A DNA stretch of 64,000 nt from Candidatus Yanofskybacteria bacterium (GCA_003514055.1 DOSG01000002.1:13985-77984); one strand, 5' to 3'; numbered from the stretch's first letter, positions 32,448 through 43,016 are shown. The notes: generated by a model from the letters alone, not told the origin. Numbers and translations: made by a program.

Positions 32448-34664
32448 ATGGGAAGACCAAAAAAGAACAAGGAAGTTATTAAGTCACGACCAGAGAAGGG
32501 TAGACTAGAAGGGCCATCGCGTTTCGATATAGGTCAGGAAACAAAAAATAGTATTTGGGGGATTTTAAGTTTTATTCTTGCCGTTGTTAGCGTTCTCAGT
32601 TTTATTGGCCGTGCCGGTCAGGGCGGAGCATTGTTTGATTCTTTTGCTCGTTCTCTTTTTGGCTGGGGATTTTTTATAATACCGGTAGCACTAGTTCTGC
32701 TGGGCGTAGCTTTTATTAAATCTATATCTAGAAAAATATACTTTAGCGCCGTATTTGGCACAATCCTATTCACTCTAGCTACGTTGGCTATATTTTTTAT
32801 TTTTGGAGAAGGCTCTTTCAATGTTCGCGTTACTCAGGGCGGCTACTTGGGTATTATACTGGGCTTGCCGCTTCTTAAGTCCGTTGGATTCGTAGCCTCG
32901 GCTATAATCTTGGTGGCGCTTATCCTTATATCGGTATTAGTGTCTTTGGATGTATCGATTACTGGACTATTTTACAAGAACGAAGTTGATGAAGAAGTTG
33001 ATGAGAAGAAGGAAAGACTGACAGATAATGTTGTGGTGAAGAGGAATAACGAAGTGGTTGAAGATAAAAAACCGATGCAAGAAGCTAGGCCGGTAGCTAG
33101 ACCAGTCAAGGCGGAAATTACCGACAAAGAATTCGTCATTAAGAACATGAAGCCTGGCAATTGGGCTCTACCACCAACAACCTTTTTGCAGGAAGATCAG
33201 GACTCTCCGGCTACGGGTGATATAAACGCCAGCGCCATGATCATCAAGAGAACCCTTGGGAACTTTGGCATAGACGTTGAGATGGGCGAAGTCTCAATTG
33301 GCCCGACAGTTACTCAGTATACGATGCGTCCAGCCGTGGGCGTAAAATTGTCTAAAATTACAACTTTAAATCCAGACTTATCTCTGGCTCTAGCCGCTCA
33401 TCCTCTTAGAATTGAGGCTCCAATTCCTGGCAAAGCTTTAGTTGGCATCGAAGTTCCTAATAAAAAAGTGGCTCTAGTTGGATTAAAGAATATGTTTGAG
33501 GAAGAAGATTTTCTTAAATCTAAAAATTTCTTACCACTAGCACTCGGAAGAGATGTTTCAGGTGGAGCTGTTTTCGCCGGTTTAGATAAGATGCCGCACT
33601 TACTCATCGCCGGAGCGACCGGTACTGGAAAGTCTGTAGCTATTAATTCGATTCTGTTGTCTATGTTGTATAAGCACTCTCCTGACGTCCTGAAAATGAT
33701 TTTGGTAGATCCAAAGAGAGTAGAGCTAAGCTTGTACAATGACATTCCTCATCTAATCACGCCAGTCATCACCGATAATAAGAAAGTTCTAGGAGCTTTA
33801 CGCTGGGCGGTGACTGAGATGGAACGCCGCTATGAAACATTGCAAAAAATGGGATCTAGAGATTTATTCTCATATAATGCCAAGATGACCGAGAAGTCGG
33901 AACCATTGATGCCCTTCATTGTTATAGTTATCGATGAATTGGCTGATCTTATGGCTTCTTATGGACGAGATGTTGAAGCGGCAATTGTTAGGCTGGCTCA
34001 AATGTCTCGTGCTGTCGGTATTCATTTGATAGTTTCAACTCAGAGGCCATCGGTAGAGGTTATAACTGGACTGATCAAGGCCAACATCACATCGAGGATT
34101 GGCCTACAGGTGGCGAGTCAAGTTGATTCAAGAACCATATTGGATATGGGCGGAGCCGAGAAATTGCTTGGCCGCGGTGATATGCTTTTCTTGTCGGGAG
34201 ATACATCCAAGCCTAGAAGACTTCAAGGGCCAATGGTAACCGAGAAAGAGGTAAAGGATGTCGTTAAATTCTGGAAGACTCAGGCCGAGAAGATGGAAGT
34301 AACCGAAGAAGCGGGGTTAACTATTGATTTCGAAGCCAAGTCTTCGAGCGGTGGCGGTGGATTTGGCGGTGATGGCGGCAATGAAGAAGACGATATGTAC
34401 GAAGAGGCCAAAGAGACCGTAATTCAAGCCGGAAAAGCTTCGGCTTCCTTGTTGCAGAGAAGACTAAGAGTCGGCTACGCTCGGGCCGCTAGATTACTAG
34501 ATATACTCGAGGATAAGGGCATCATCGGCCCGGGCGATGGCGCCAAGCCTAGGGAGGTTTATGTTAAGCCCGAAGGTATGGCGGTGTCTGGCCCCATGGC
34601 ATATGGCGAGTCAGGTATAAACGCCGATACACCCGAAGCCGAGAGACAAGAAGATCCAGTATAA
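32448..34664 (+). CDS. ftsK: DNA translocase FtsK
   Basis: N-terminal TMs, RIEAPIPGK, HLLIAGATGTGKS, IDELADLM, LLGRGDML, gamma domain SLLQRRLRVGYARAAR; start moved to ATG 32448. Confidence 0.97.
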   Translation: MGRPKKNKEVIKSRPEKGRLEGPSRFDIGQETKNSIWGILSFILAVVSVLSFIGRAGQGGALFDSFARSLFGWGFFIIPVALVLLGVAFIKSISRKIYFSAVFGTILFTLATLAIFFIFGEGSFNVRVTQGGYLGIILGLPLLKSVGFVASAIILVALILISVLVSLDVSITGLFYKNEVDEEVDEKKERLTDNVVVKRNNEVVEDKKPMQEARPVARPVKAEITDKEFVIKNMKPGNWALPPTTFLQEDQDSPATGDINASAMIIKRTLGNFGIDVEMGEVSIGPTVTQYTMRPAVGVKLSKITTLNPDLSLALAAHPLRIEAPIPGKALVGIEVPNKKVALVGLKNMFEEEDFLKSKNFLPLALGRDVSGGAVFAGLDKMPHLLIAGATGTGKSVAINSILLSMLYKHSPDVLKMILVDPKRVELSLYNDIPHLITPVITDNKKVLGALRWAVTEMERRYETLQKMGSRDLFSYNAKMTEKSEPLMPFIVIVIDELADLMASYGRDVEAAIVRLAQMSRAVGIHLIVSTQRPSVEVITGLIKANITSRIGLQVASQVDSRTILDMGGAEKLLGRGDMLFLSGDTSKPRRLQGPMVTEKEVKDVVKFWKTQAEKMEVTEEAGLTIDFEAKSSSGGGGFGGDGGNEEDDMYEEAKETVIQAGKASASLLQRRLRVGYARAARLLDILEDKGIIGPGDGAKPREVYVKPEGMAVSGPMAYGESGINADTPEAERQEDPV

Positions 34665-34667
34665 TAA

Positions 34668-34706
34668 TTAAACAAATCGCACCACCTAGGGGGTGCGATT
34701 TGTTTA
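34668..34706. terminator. terminator-like hairpin after ftsK
   Basis: TAAACAAATCGCACC...GGTGCGATTTGTTTA. Confidence 0.7.
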
Positions 34707-34766
34707 CAACTGATTTGATTTCCAGATAATTTCACATATACTTTTATTACTAATTAATCCAACTTT

Positions 34767-35789
34767 ATGGCTAAGAAACAAGAGGACAAACAGCATATCC
34801 AAGATGGTAAAAATAAGTCAGTAGACTTAATGGTGAAGGAGATACAAGAGAAGTATGGTGATGGATCTATTATGAGACTTGGGAATGTTGCTAAGGTAGA
34901 CGTAGACGTCATCCCAACGGGGTCTATTTCGCTTGATTTAGCCCTAGGCGTGGGGGGTATCCCCAGGGGTAGGGTAATAGAGGTATTTGGCCCAGAAAGC
35001 TCTGGTAAAACGACCCTGGCGCTTCACATAGTTTCTGAGGCTCAGAAGCTTGGTGGAGTTGCTGCTTATATCGACGCTGAACATGCCCTAGATCCAGAAT
35101 ATGCCAAGAAGATTGGTGTTAAGATCGATCAACTTTTGATATCCCAGCCGGATACTGGAGAGCAGGCCCTGGATATACTCGAGAGCCTAGTTAAATCTGG
35201 CGGTGTAGACATCGTGGTGATCGATTCGGTAGCAGCGCTTACTCCTCGCGCAGAGATTGAGGGGGAGATGGATCAGCAGCACGTGGGTGGCCAGGCTAGA
35301 CTCATGTCGCATGCTCTAAGAAAGTTGACGGCTATTGTTGCAAAATCGAAGACGTCTGTCCTATTCATTAATCAATTGAGGCAGAAGATTGGCATTATGT
35401 TCGGTAATCCAGAGACTACTCCTGGCGGCCTAGCCTTGAAGTTTTATTCTTCTGTTAGAATAGATATTCGACGCTCGGCCCAGATCCAAAATGGTGAGAA
35501 AATCGTGGGCAACAGAACTAAGGTTAAGATTGTGAAAAATAAAGTTGCGCCACCATTTAGAACTTGCGAGTTTGATATTATGTATAATGAAGGCATCTCA
35601 AGATATTCGGATGTTGTTAATTCGGGCGTGCGCTATGGTGTTTTAACTAAGGCAGGAAGCTGGTTTAATTATGGAGAGGTAAGGCTGGGGCAGGGTATCG
35701 AAGGCTCACGGCAATTTATAAAAGAAAATCCAAAAGTAGAGAAGGAGATAGTTGAGAAAATTAAGGCCGCAGCTGTTCTGGAGGCGTAG
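34767..35789 (+). CDS. recA: recombinase RecA
   Basis: [43 protein letters not shown]. Confidence 0.99.
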   Translation: MAKKQEDKQHIQDGKNKSVDLMVKEIQEKYGDGSIMRLGNVAKVDVDVIPTGSISLDLALGVGGIPRGRVIEVFGPESSGKTTLALHIVSEAQKLGGVAAYIDAEHALDPEYAKKIGVKIDQLLISQPDTGEQALDILESLVKSGGVDIVVIDSVAALTPRAEIEGEMDQQHVGGQARLMSHALRKLTAIVAKSKTSVLFINQLRQKIGIMFGNPETTPGGLALKFYSSVRIDIRRSAQIQNGEKIVGNRTKVKIVKNKVAPPFRTCEFDIMYNEGISRYSDVVNSGVRYGVLTKAGSWFNYGEVRLGQGIEGSRQFIKENPKVEKEIVEKIKAAAVLEA

Positions 35790-35807
35790 GTTATTAATAA
35801 TTTATTC

Positions 35808-35849
35808 GAACTAAAAAGACGATGGCATCTGCCATCGTCTTTTTAGTTC
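35808..35849. terminator. bidirectional terminator between convergent recA and rpsR
   Basis: GAACTAAAAGACGATGGCA-TC-TGCCATCGTCTTTTTAGTTC. Confidence 0.85.
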
Positions 35850-35853
35850 ACTC

Positions 35854-36066
35854 TTACTTAACTACGGTTTGATTTCTCGTGTATGGCATCATAGCCATGT
35901 ATCTAGCGAGCTTAACGGCATTAGCTATTAATCTTTGATGTTTATTGCAGAGTCTATTCCTACGAGATGATCCGATCTTAAATTGAGAAGTCACAAACTT
36001 TCTCAAGAATTGGGTATCTTTGTAGTCGATAAACTCAGTTTTCTTTTGGCAAAAATCGCAATTCAT
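35854..36066 (-). CDS. rpsR: 30S ribosomal protein S18
   Basis: CDFC..IDYKD..LRKF...KI...LCNKHQR..AVK.AR...MPY. Confidence 0.97.
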   Translation of the reverse strand: MNCDFCQKKTEFIDYKDTQFLRKFVTSQFKIGSSRRNRLCNKHQRLIANAVKLARYMAMMPYTRNQTVVK

Positions 36067-36092
36067 TTTTTATTTTATTTCTTAATTATTTT

Positions 36093-36602
36093 TTAGAATG
36101 GTAGGTCCTTCTCTTTTATAGCCATTTCGTCTTCTTCGATGCCGGCATGCAATGGCTCGTTCTCGTCTATTATGGGGATATCAGCATCAGCTGTCTCGGC
36201 GGTAACGCTGGGCTTGTTGGCCGCTGGTCGGATATCGCTTACGAAGCTATCAGATTGATCACTATTGCTTGCGCCAGTAGTTCTCGGTCCAAGCTGTAGA
36301 TTCTCAGCGATTATCTCGGTGGTGTATCTTTTAACGTTGTCTTGGCCCGTCCAATTCCTGGTCTGCATCCTACCCTCGATCATCACTAAGCCGCCTTTCC
36401 TTAGGAACTTACTGGCAACTTCTCCTAATTTGGCCCAGGCGATTACGGTGTGATATTCAGTCGCCTCGCGTCGGCCAGTCTGGTCGGTCCAGACTCTATT
36501 GGTGGCCATCTTTATGGTGGTCACCGTCAGTCCAGATGGAGTTGATCTGGCTTCCGGATCTTGGGTCAACCTTCCGATTAAATATACTTTATTGAGATTC
36601 AT
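36093..36602 (-). CDS. ssb: single-stranded DNA-binding protein
   Basis: LNKVYLIGRLTQDPE, EGRMQTRNW, acidic tail ending DLPF. Confidence 0.99.
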   Translation of the reverse strand: MNLNKVYLIGRLTQDPEARSTPSGLTVTTIKMATNRVWTDQTGRREATEYHTVIAWAKLGEVASKFLRKGGLVMIEGRMQTRNWTGQDNVKRYTTEIIAENLQLGPRTTGASNSDQSDSFVSDIRPAANKPSVTAETADADIPIIDENEPLHAGIEEDEMAIKEKDLPF

Positions 36603-36627
36603 ATATTTTGTTTATTTTTTTAGCCTA

Positions 36628-37065
36628 CTATAGATTCTCGATTATAGTTTCGAGTTGCTCGTCTAGTTGTTTGCTGTCTTTTTCTGGCACCTTGACTTGC
36701 TCTCTCTTCTCGAATCTCTCTCTGGCTTTCTGTTGTCTAGCAATAGTTTTACTGCGTTGCTTGTCGGAAGGCAACTTAACTATGAGATATCTAAAGACAT
36801 TAACATCTGCCTTCATAAACTCATTCAGATTATTAAGCATTTCGCCATCTTTGGTGCTAAAATGCATATATCCGAAGTAGCTACCCTTGTGATGCAGAAC
36901 TGGGTAGGACAGTCTAGTCCTAACTGGTTCTTTCGAAAGGGTTATGTTGGCACCATTCGAAGTAACGAAACCTTCAATAGCGCTTCTGGCCTCTGGTATC
37001 TTTGATTCTTCCAAGTCTGGGGTCATATGAAAAGCCAGCTCGTAATTCTGCGAATCTTCTTTCAT
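36628..37065 (-). CDS. rpsF: 30S ribosomal protein S6
   Basis: YEL.F..P, RLSYPV, V.RYLIVK; rpsF-ssb-rpsR synteny. Confidence 0.92.
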   Translation of the reverse strand: MKEDSQNYELAFHMTPDLEESKIPEARSAIEGFVTSNGANITLSKEPVRTRLSYPVLHHKGSYFGYMHFSTKDGEMLNNLNEFMKADVNVFRYLIVKLPSDKQRSKTIARQQKARERFEKREQVKVPEKDSKQLDEQLETIIENL

Positions 37066-37160
37066 TTTGTGGTCTTCATGTGAGGCGACAGATGGTACCT
37101 CATAGAGGTCCCAATGGTTATTCTATCGACGACCACGAAGCCGTTATTTATCGTGCCTAT

Positions 37161-37189
37161 ATGCTAACAATTTTATTGTTACTTGTCAA
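37161..37189 (-). promoter_or_regulatory. promoter of rpsF-ssb-rpsR
   Basis: minus strand TTGACA-17 nt-TAGCAT. Confidence 0.55.
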
Positions 37190-37190
37190 A

Positions 37191-38282
37191 CTAGATTTTG
37201 ATCTCTACGACGTCACCTTCTTGAATGATGTAGTCGCGGCCAACTGTATGTATCTGGCCTTTTGATTTAGATTCTGACCAGCCTCCACATTCGAGTAGTG
37301 TTTTCCAGTTAACGACGTCAGCTCGGATAAATAGTTTCTCAAAATCAGTATGGATGGCGCGCGAAGCCTTGGGGATAAAGTCTCCGATATGGGCCGTCCA
37401 AGCCCTGGTCTCATCTTCGCCTGTGGTCAAGAAGGTCAGGAGGCCAAGGGTTTTATAGCTTTCTTTTATCAAGCGATCTAGTCCACTTTCCGGCAGTCCA
37501 AACTCGGTTAGATATTCTTTTTTTTCTTCTGGCACTAGTTCAGATAGGGTTAATTCTAGCTTGTTACACATTACGATGTATGGCGCGTTGGCGAACATTT
37601 TCTTAAGAGCTTCATCGGGCTCCCATTTGTTCATAATTTGATCTTCTGAGACGTTTATCACGTATAGGAATTTTTTGGCCGTAAGGAGATTTAGCTCTTT
37701 GGCTAAGTTAACTTCTTCTTCGGACAGTTCGAGTTTAGATATGATCTCGCCAGCGTCTAATTGTTTTTTAAACTTTTCTAAAATATGCATTTCGGCTTGG
37801 GCATGCTTGCCCTCGATCGTTTGGAATTTGGCCAGCTTAGATGTTTTTTCGATTCTCTTGCTTACCGTTTCCATGTCGGCCATTACGAGTTCAGTATTTA
37901 TAATTGATGTGTCATCGGCTGGATCAATGCGATTGTGAACGTGCGTAATGTTGCCATCGACGAATGCGCGTACAACTTGAGCAATGGCATCGACTTCCCG
38001 AATATTAGCCAGGAATTTGTTGCCCAATCCTTCGCCCAATGACGCGCCCTTAACTAGCCCGGCGATATCCGTAAATTCAATAGTGGTATTTATTATTTTT
38101 TTCGAGTTTGATAGCTGGGCCAGGGGAGCAAGTCTTTCGTCTGGTACGGCAACGACGCCGACGTTGGGGTCGATAGTGGTGAATGGATAATTTTGAATAT
38201 CTACTTGTTTGTTGGTAACGGCCTTGAACAGTGTAGATTTTCCGACGTTTGGTAATCCGACAATTCCGATAGATAATGACAT
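37191..38282 (-). CDS. ychF: redox-regulated ATPase YchF
   Basis: GIVGLPNVGKSTLF, NYPFTTIDPN, DIAGLVKGAS.GEGLGNKFL, IHTDF. Confidence 0.98.
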   Translation of the reverse strand: MSLSIGIVGLPNVGKSTLFKAVTNKQVDIQNYPFTTIDPNVGVVAVPDERLAPLAQLSNSKKIINTTIEFTDIAGLVKGASLGEGLGNKFLANIREVDAIAQVVRAFVDGNITHVHNRIDPADDTSIINTELVMADMETVSKRIEKTSKLAKFQTIEGKHAQAEMHILEKFKKQLDAGEIISKLELSEEEVNLAKELNLLTAKKFLYVINVSEDQIMNKWEPDEALKKMFANAPYIVMCNKLELTLSELVPEEKKEYLTEFGLPESGLDRLIKESYKTLGLLTFLTTGEDETRAWTAHIGDFIPKASRAIHTDFEKLFIRADVVNWKTLLECGGWSESKSKGQIHTVGRDYIIQEGDVVEIKI

Positions 38283-38441
38283 AGGATCATGGTAACAAAA
38301 ATTTACAAAAAACCAAGCTTAGTATCCCATGCATCGAGTGTATCTCTGGTTACGGCTGGGATAGTACGTGGTTTGACTACGCATTGACCTAATTAGTATA
38401 TCTGTTACCCTGGCTCTAGCGTCATTTACAAGAGGTGCGTA

Positions 38442-39212
38442 ATGAGACATCCTCAACTGGTTCGAAGCGCGGCTTTGGCCTTATTTATCGTAGCACTACC
38501 TAGCCTGGCCTTATCGCAGGATAATGAAGGTGAAAAGCAGAACTATAGGGGTAAATATGAAGTTTCTTTGTGGCTGGAATTAAATACTGGCTTTTCAGAC
38601 TATAGACCAGTGTTCGATAAGGATTATAAGAAGCTTTTCTTGCCCATCGGAGGGATAGAAGAGCTTGATACAAAAGCTAGGATATCTACCCTTGGAATTC
38701 GGCCCGTTTTTGCTATAGCCCTGCATCGAGGTAAGATTAATGTCACTCTACCGATTTCCTATAGAATCGCTGATTGGAGCTTATCGGAGGTCAATGATTC
38801 AACTCCTCATGGCCTAGTTAGTCTGACGACTATCGATTGGTGGGATAGGGTTATCGCTGGGGATGTGGTATCTAGCCATTTCAGTCCTCGAGTCGGTTTA
38901 GCTATGACCTTTGGCAGAATCGAAATCTCTCCTTCGATACAGCACTATCAGCTAAAAGAAAGAAGGTATCGGGGTATTGACTGTGTGGGTTGCGGGAATA
39001 GCTCGGAAGTATACGAAAGCAAGGTGTTAGAAAGCGGTGTTAGTCCACGCATCGAATTTGTGTGGTTGGCTCGTGGTTTCGGAGAGAGAAAGAGCGATTA
39101 CGCTCCAGATCCAGTCTTTAACGGTTTAAGTGTCGCCTATGAACGAGTTGGATCTAAATATTGGCGATTAAGTATCGCCCTTAGGATGCTTGGTATCGAA
39201 TTAAAAAAGTGA
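38442..39212 (+). CDS. secreted hypothetical protein, beta-strand rich
   Basis: signal peptide ending ALS-Q; GAGG SD; CxxC motif. Confidence 0.65.
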   Translation: MRHPQLVRSAALALFIVALPSLALSQDNEGEKQNYRGKYEVSLWLELNTGFSDYRPVFDKDYKKLFLPIGGIEELDTKARISTLGIRPVFAIALHRGKINVTLPISYRIADWSLSEVNDSTPHGLVSLTTIDWWDRVIAGDVVSSHFSPRVGLAMTFGRIEISPSIQHYQLKERRYRGIDCVGCGNSSEVYESKVLESGVSPRIEFVWLARGFGERKSDYAPDPVFNGLSVAYERVGSKYWRLSIALRMLGIELKK

Positions 39213-39417
39213 AGATTTTGCCCCTACTCGGGGCCTTTTTATTTCTACAAAGAAAGATAAATTAGTTTGGATGAGAGAGGTGCTGTAGCGGGAATGGGAT
39301 CATACAAAGAGAATAGGAAGTAACTTCGGAGAGTCTATAGGATGGAATAGCTCACTTAAATCGCAGTGGAGCTCTATGTTAAAGCAAAAGGGCGTAGCTG
39401 TGATATACTTCTGATGT

Positions 39418-40755
39418 ATGGGAGACATTTTTAAAGCCTACGATGTCAGGGGAATATATCCGACCGAACTGGATGAAAATCGAGCCTATTTAATCGCGAA
39501 GGCCACTGTTAAATCTCTAGGTGCCAAAAAAATCGTAGTTGGTCAAGATGAGAGGAGCTCATCGCCGGGAATAAGCGAAGCCGTGGTACGTGGAGCGGTA
39601 GAAATGGGCTGTGACGTGATTTACATCGGTCAGACGACAACTCCTATATTTTACTTCACAGTTAACCACCTGCAAGTAGATGGAGGCATTATGATAACTG
39701 CCTCGCATAATCCGATTGAGTATGGTGGACTAAAGATAGTCGGCAGAGATGCCATAAGCGTTGGTCTCGAAAACGGTCTTGCGGAGATAAGAGATATCTC
39801 GAATGGAGAAATTGGATTGGCTGATAAGCGTGGCAATTTGATCAAAAAAGATGATGCGCTTGATAATTACGTGAGTTGGATTTTAGACAACGAGAAGATA
39901 AAGCCTGGAGAGCTTGATAATTTCAATATAGTAATCGATATTGGCGATGGTCCAGTTTTTAGGTCAATGAAGAGAGTCTTGGATGCTATTCGTATTAATT
40001 ACACGAACCTTGGTGGGAGCTTCTTAAGCGGCAAGTCTCCAAATCCATATCGTCCTAGTGCGCTTGATGCCCTAATAGTTAAGATTAATAATGATAAATT
40101 CGATTTTGGAATATCTCTTGACCTTGATGGCGATCGTTTAGCGATAGTGTCTAATGATGGAATGATCGTCTCGGTGTCGAGTATATTAGCAATGTTGTGG
40201 CAGCAGTCGTTTGGCCTATGGAGTAAACCTAAGATTGTATATACGGCCAACATGTCCAAAAATGTTGTAAGAATTTTTGGTCATCGGGGCATTATATCTA
40301 AGATAGGTAGAGTAGCTGTAGCTAATTCAATGCGAGGCAAGAAGGCTAGCCTTGGTGCAGAAAATTCAGGCCACATATTTTTTAAGGAAGCCAACTATTC
40401 TGAATGCCCAGAGATGGTAATTATTAGACTACTCAAAGTTCTCAAAGATAAAAAGGCATCCATATCTGAAGTGATAAAAACATTGTCTGGCGAATATGTC
40501 GGTTCTGGCGAGATCGCTATAGCGACTGATAAAGACTGGAAAGACGTGATCAATATCGTTAAGAGCAAATATTCCAATGGTAAGATTTCAGAGTTGGACG
40601 GCGTGTCAATTGATTTTAACGACTGGTGGTTTAACTTGAGGTCAAGCAACACTGAGCCGCTTATGAGGTTGTTTGTTGAGGCAAAGAGCGGGGAGTTGCT
40701 GAACGAGAAGAAGAATGAGCTAATTAATTTCATAGATAAGAACAAGAGCGTATAG
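39418..40755 (+). CDS. phosphomannomutase/phosphoglucomutase
   Basis: IFKAYDVRG, ITASHNP, DLDGDR, AENSGH, RSSNTEP. Confidence 0.95.
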   Translation: MGDIFKAYDVRGIYPTELDENRAYLIAKATVKSLGAKKIVVGQDERSSSPGISEAVVRGAVEMGCDVIYIGQTTTPIFYFTVNHLQVDGGIMITASHNPIEYGGLKIVGRDAISVGLENGLAEIRDISNGEIGLADKRGNLIKKDDALDNYVSWILDNEKIKPGELDNFNIVIDIGDGPVFRSMKRVLDAIRINYTNLGGSFLSGKSPNPYRPSALDALIVKINNDKFDFGISLDLDGDRLAIVSNDGMIVSVSSILAMLWQQSFGLWSKPKIVYTANMSKNVVRIFGHRGIISKIGRVAVANSMRGKKASLGAENSGHIFFKEANYSECPEMVIIRLLKVLKDKKASISEVIKTLSGEYVGSGEIAIATDKDWKDVINIVKSKYSNGKISELDGVSIDFNDWWFNLRSSNTEPLMRLFVEAKSGELLNEKKNELINFIDKNKSV

Positions 40756-40800
40756 AATTTTAATGGCGGTCTTCTAAACCTGAAGGCCGCCATTGTTTTT

Positions 40801-40818
40801 CAGCCCGTACTCAAGAAA
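40801..40818 (+). repeat. relic 3' fragment of the structured dispersed repeat
   Basis: CAGCCCGTACTCAAGAAA vs core end CAGCCCGTACTCGAGAAA (17/18). Confidence 0.6.
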
Positions 40819-40849
40819 GCCACAGTCTCGCTCTAAACGCTCTTACATA

Positions 40850-40899
40850 AGATTAATCAACCTAAAACGCCCATATGGGCGTTTTAGGTTGATTAATCT
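40850..40899. terminator. perfect 50-bp palindrome between the convergent phosphomannomutase and rnj genes
   Basis: AGATTAATCAACCTAAAACGCCCAT|ATGGGCGTTTTAGGTTGATTAATCT. Confidence 0.8.
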
Positions 40900-40903
40900 G
40901 AGC

Positions 40904-42754
40904 TTAGACTTCCAGTATGACTGGCAAGACCATTGGTCGACGTTCTGTCTTTTGGAACAGGAACTGTCCAACCTGATTTCTAATTTGATCTTTGAGATAA
41001 GCCAAGTTCGGATTTGTTATGTTCTGGGCTTCTACTATATATTTTATTTTCTTTCTAATTTGGCCTAGCAACTCTTTATTGTCTTTAAGGTATATAAAGC
41101 CACGAGAGATTATATCGGGACTACCCTTAACTTTTCCGTTATTGGCATCGACTAGGGTAATGACAACGATGAATCCATCGGCGGCCAGTATCTGCCTATC
41201 ACGCAGAACAACATTGCCAATATCGCCGATACCAAGGCCGTCAACAAAGACATAGTCTGATGGCGCTTGTTTCTTATCAAACCACCATTTATCTTTTTCG
41301 ACGTGAGTAACCGTTCCATTGTCGGCAATTATGATGTTGTTTTCGGGAATTCCTTCCTCCATGCCTAAGAATTTATGATTCACCATCATGGAATATTGTC
41401 CATGAATTGGCATCAAGAATCTAGGCTTAATTAGCTGGATCATTCTTCTTAGATCTTCTTTGCTACCGTGCCCGCCGGCATGAATATCTAGCATTTTATA
41501 ATTAAATACCTGAGCTCCATTTCTGTAGAGTTGATCTTTTAGGAACTGAACATTCCTTTCGTTGCCTGGGACGACCGAAGAAGAGAATATGTACGTATCT
41601 TTCTTGTGTGTCTGTAGGTGCTTATGCTCTCCGCTAGCGATTCTCATGAGAACGGCATTGCCTTCGCCTTGCGCTCCGGTAACTATGGCAGTTACTTTCT
41701 CTCTTGGATAATTGTGAACCTCATCCATTGTTATCTGAGTGCCTTTTTGGAGTTTCAGATATCCAAGCTTTTTACATATTTCGACATTGCTCTTCATCGA
41801 ATAACCATCGAACACAACCTTACGACCGAATTTCTCGGATATAGTTATGATCTGTTGGATACGGTTGATAAGAGATGCGAAGGTTCCAACGATGACCATG
41901 CCCGTAGAATCTGAGAATAATTTCTCCAAGTTCTTGGTAACATCTTGTTCGGAGAGTGAGTGACCTTCGGATTCAGCTCCAGTTGAGTCGGACATCAGTA
42001 ACAGCACGCCCTCATCGGCGATCCTTTTCATCTCTTCTATGTCTGCTGGCAAATCATTGACTGGGGTATCGTCGAATTTATAGTCAGACGTGTGAACGAC
42101 ATGTCCAAGAGGAGTTTTTATGACTATCTCTAAGTCGTCAGGAATTGAATGGTTTATTCTCAACACCTTCACCGAAATCTTATCGCTGATCTTAATCTCG
42201 TCTCCAGCCTTAACCTCGTTCACGACTAGAGGTTTCTGGAATTTGAAGTCGTCCTGCCTCTTAATCATTATGGCTCGAGTTAGGGGAGCGGCGTATATAT
42301 CTGGGTCGCCAATCTTATCTCTAAGGAACGGCAAAGCTCCGATGTGATCCATATGACCATGAGTAAAGAACATGGCCTTAACCATATCTTTTTTATCTTC
42401 TAACCATCCAACATTAGGTAGGATGGAATCAATACCGGGCATATTTTCTTCTGCCCATCTCAATCCGCAGTCAATCAAGATAATGTCATCATCGTATTGG
42501 ATGGCCGACATATTCCTGCCGATCTCACCTAAACCGCCCAGATGGACAATTTTAAGCCCTCCGGTTTTGCTATCGGTTTCCTTGTAGTTCGGATCTTTAT
42601 CGGTCCTAAAGACTTTTATGCGTCTTACGACCGGTTTTGACCATTCACGACCGCGGCCACCGCCGCGAGGGGACTTCTTTTTCGGCATAGCCGGAGAAGT
42701 CGTTGGTGCAGCCGGAGCCGATGTGGCTGTGGCTACTATTTTTTCTTCTATCAT
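40904..42754 (-). CDS. rnj: ribonuclease J
   Basis: LGGLGEIGRNM, THGHMDHIG, HSIPD, DYKFD, PIHG, RRPMVLPVILEV. Confidence 0.97.
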   Translation of the reverse strand: MIEEKIVATATSAPAAPTTSPAMPKKKSPRGGGRGREWSKPVVRRIKVFRTDKDPNYKETDSKTGGLKIVHLGGLGEIGRNMSAIQYDDDIILIDCGLRWAEENMPGIDSILPNVGWLEDKKDMVKAMFFTHGHMDHIGALPFLRDKIGDPDIYAAPLTRAIMIKRQDDFKFQKPLVVNEVKAGDEIKISDKISVKVLRINHSIPDDLEIVIKTPLGHVVHTSDYKFDDTPVNDLPADIEEMKRIADEGVLLLMSDSTGAESEGHSLSEQDVTKNLEKLFSDSTGMVIVGTFASLINRIQQIITISEKFGRKVVFDGYSMKSNVEICKKLGYLKLQKGTQITMDEVHNYPREKVTAIVTGAQGEGNAVLMRIASGEHKHLQTHKKDTYIFSSSVVPGNERNVQFLKDQLYRNGAQVFNYKMLDIHAGGHGSKEDLRRMIQLIKPRFLMPIHGQYSMMVNHKFLGMEEGIPENNIIIADNGTVTHVEKDKWWFDKKQAPSDYVFVDGLGIGDIGNVVLRDRQILAADGFIVVITLVDANNGKVKGSPDIISRGFIYLKDNKELLGQIRKKIKYIVEAQNITNPNLAYLKDQIRNQVGQFLFQKTERRPMVLPVILEV

Positions 42755-42851
42755 TTCGATTTCTATAACTGGATCTGGAAAAGATTAGTCAAATTAAAAA
42801 CTGTACTAAAGCTAATTTCGAGATCCTAAATTAAAAAGTAATTTACAAAAA

Positions 42852-42993
42852 GTGGGCGGGGGGAGATTTGGTCACGAATCACGGCTCACCGTCGTTCGTC
42901 GTGTTCGCGACCCCGCCTCGTGGTTGCATCTGCTGACGCAACATCGCTCCGGCTTTCAAATCTCCCAACACAACAAATAAATTTGTTGTGTTG
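42852..42993 (-). repeat. structured cassette ending in a 19-bp duplicate of the tRNA-Leu 3' end
   Basis: GTGGGCGGGGGGAGATTTG at 42852-42870 identical to 43016-43034; internal hairpins. Confidence 0.8.
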
Positions 42994-43016
42994 CCACTAT
43001 TTCAATTATTATTCTG

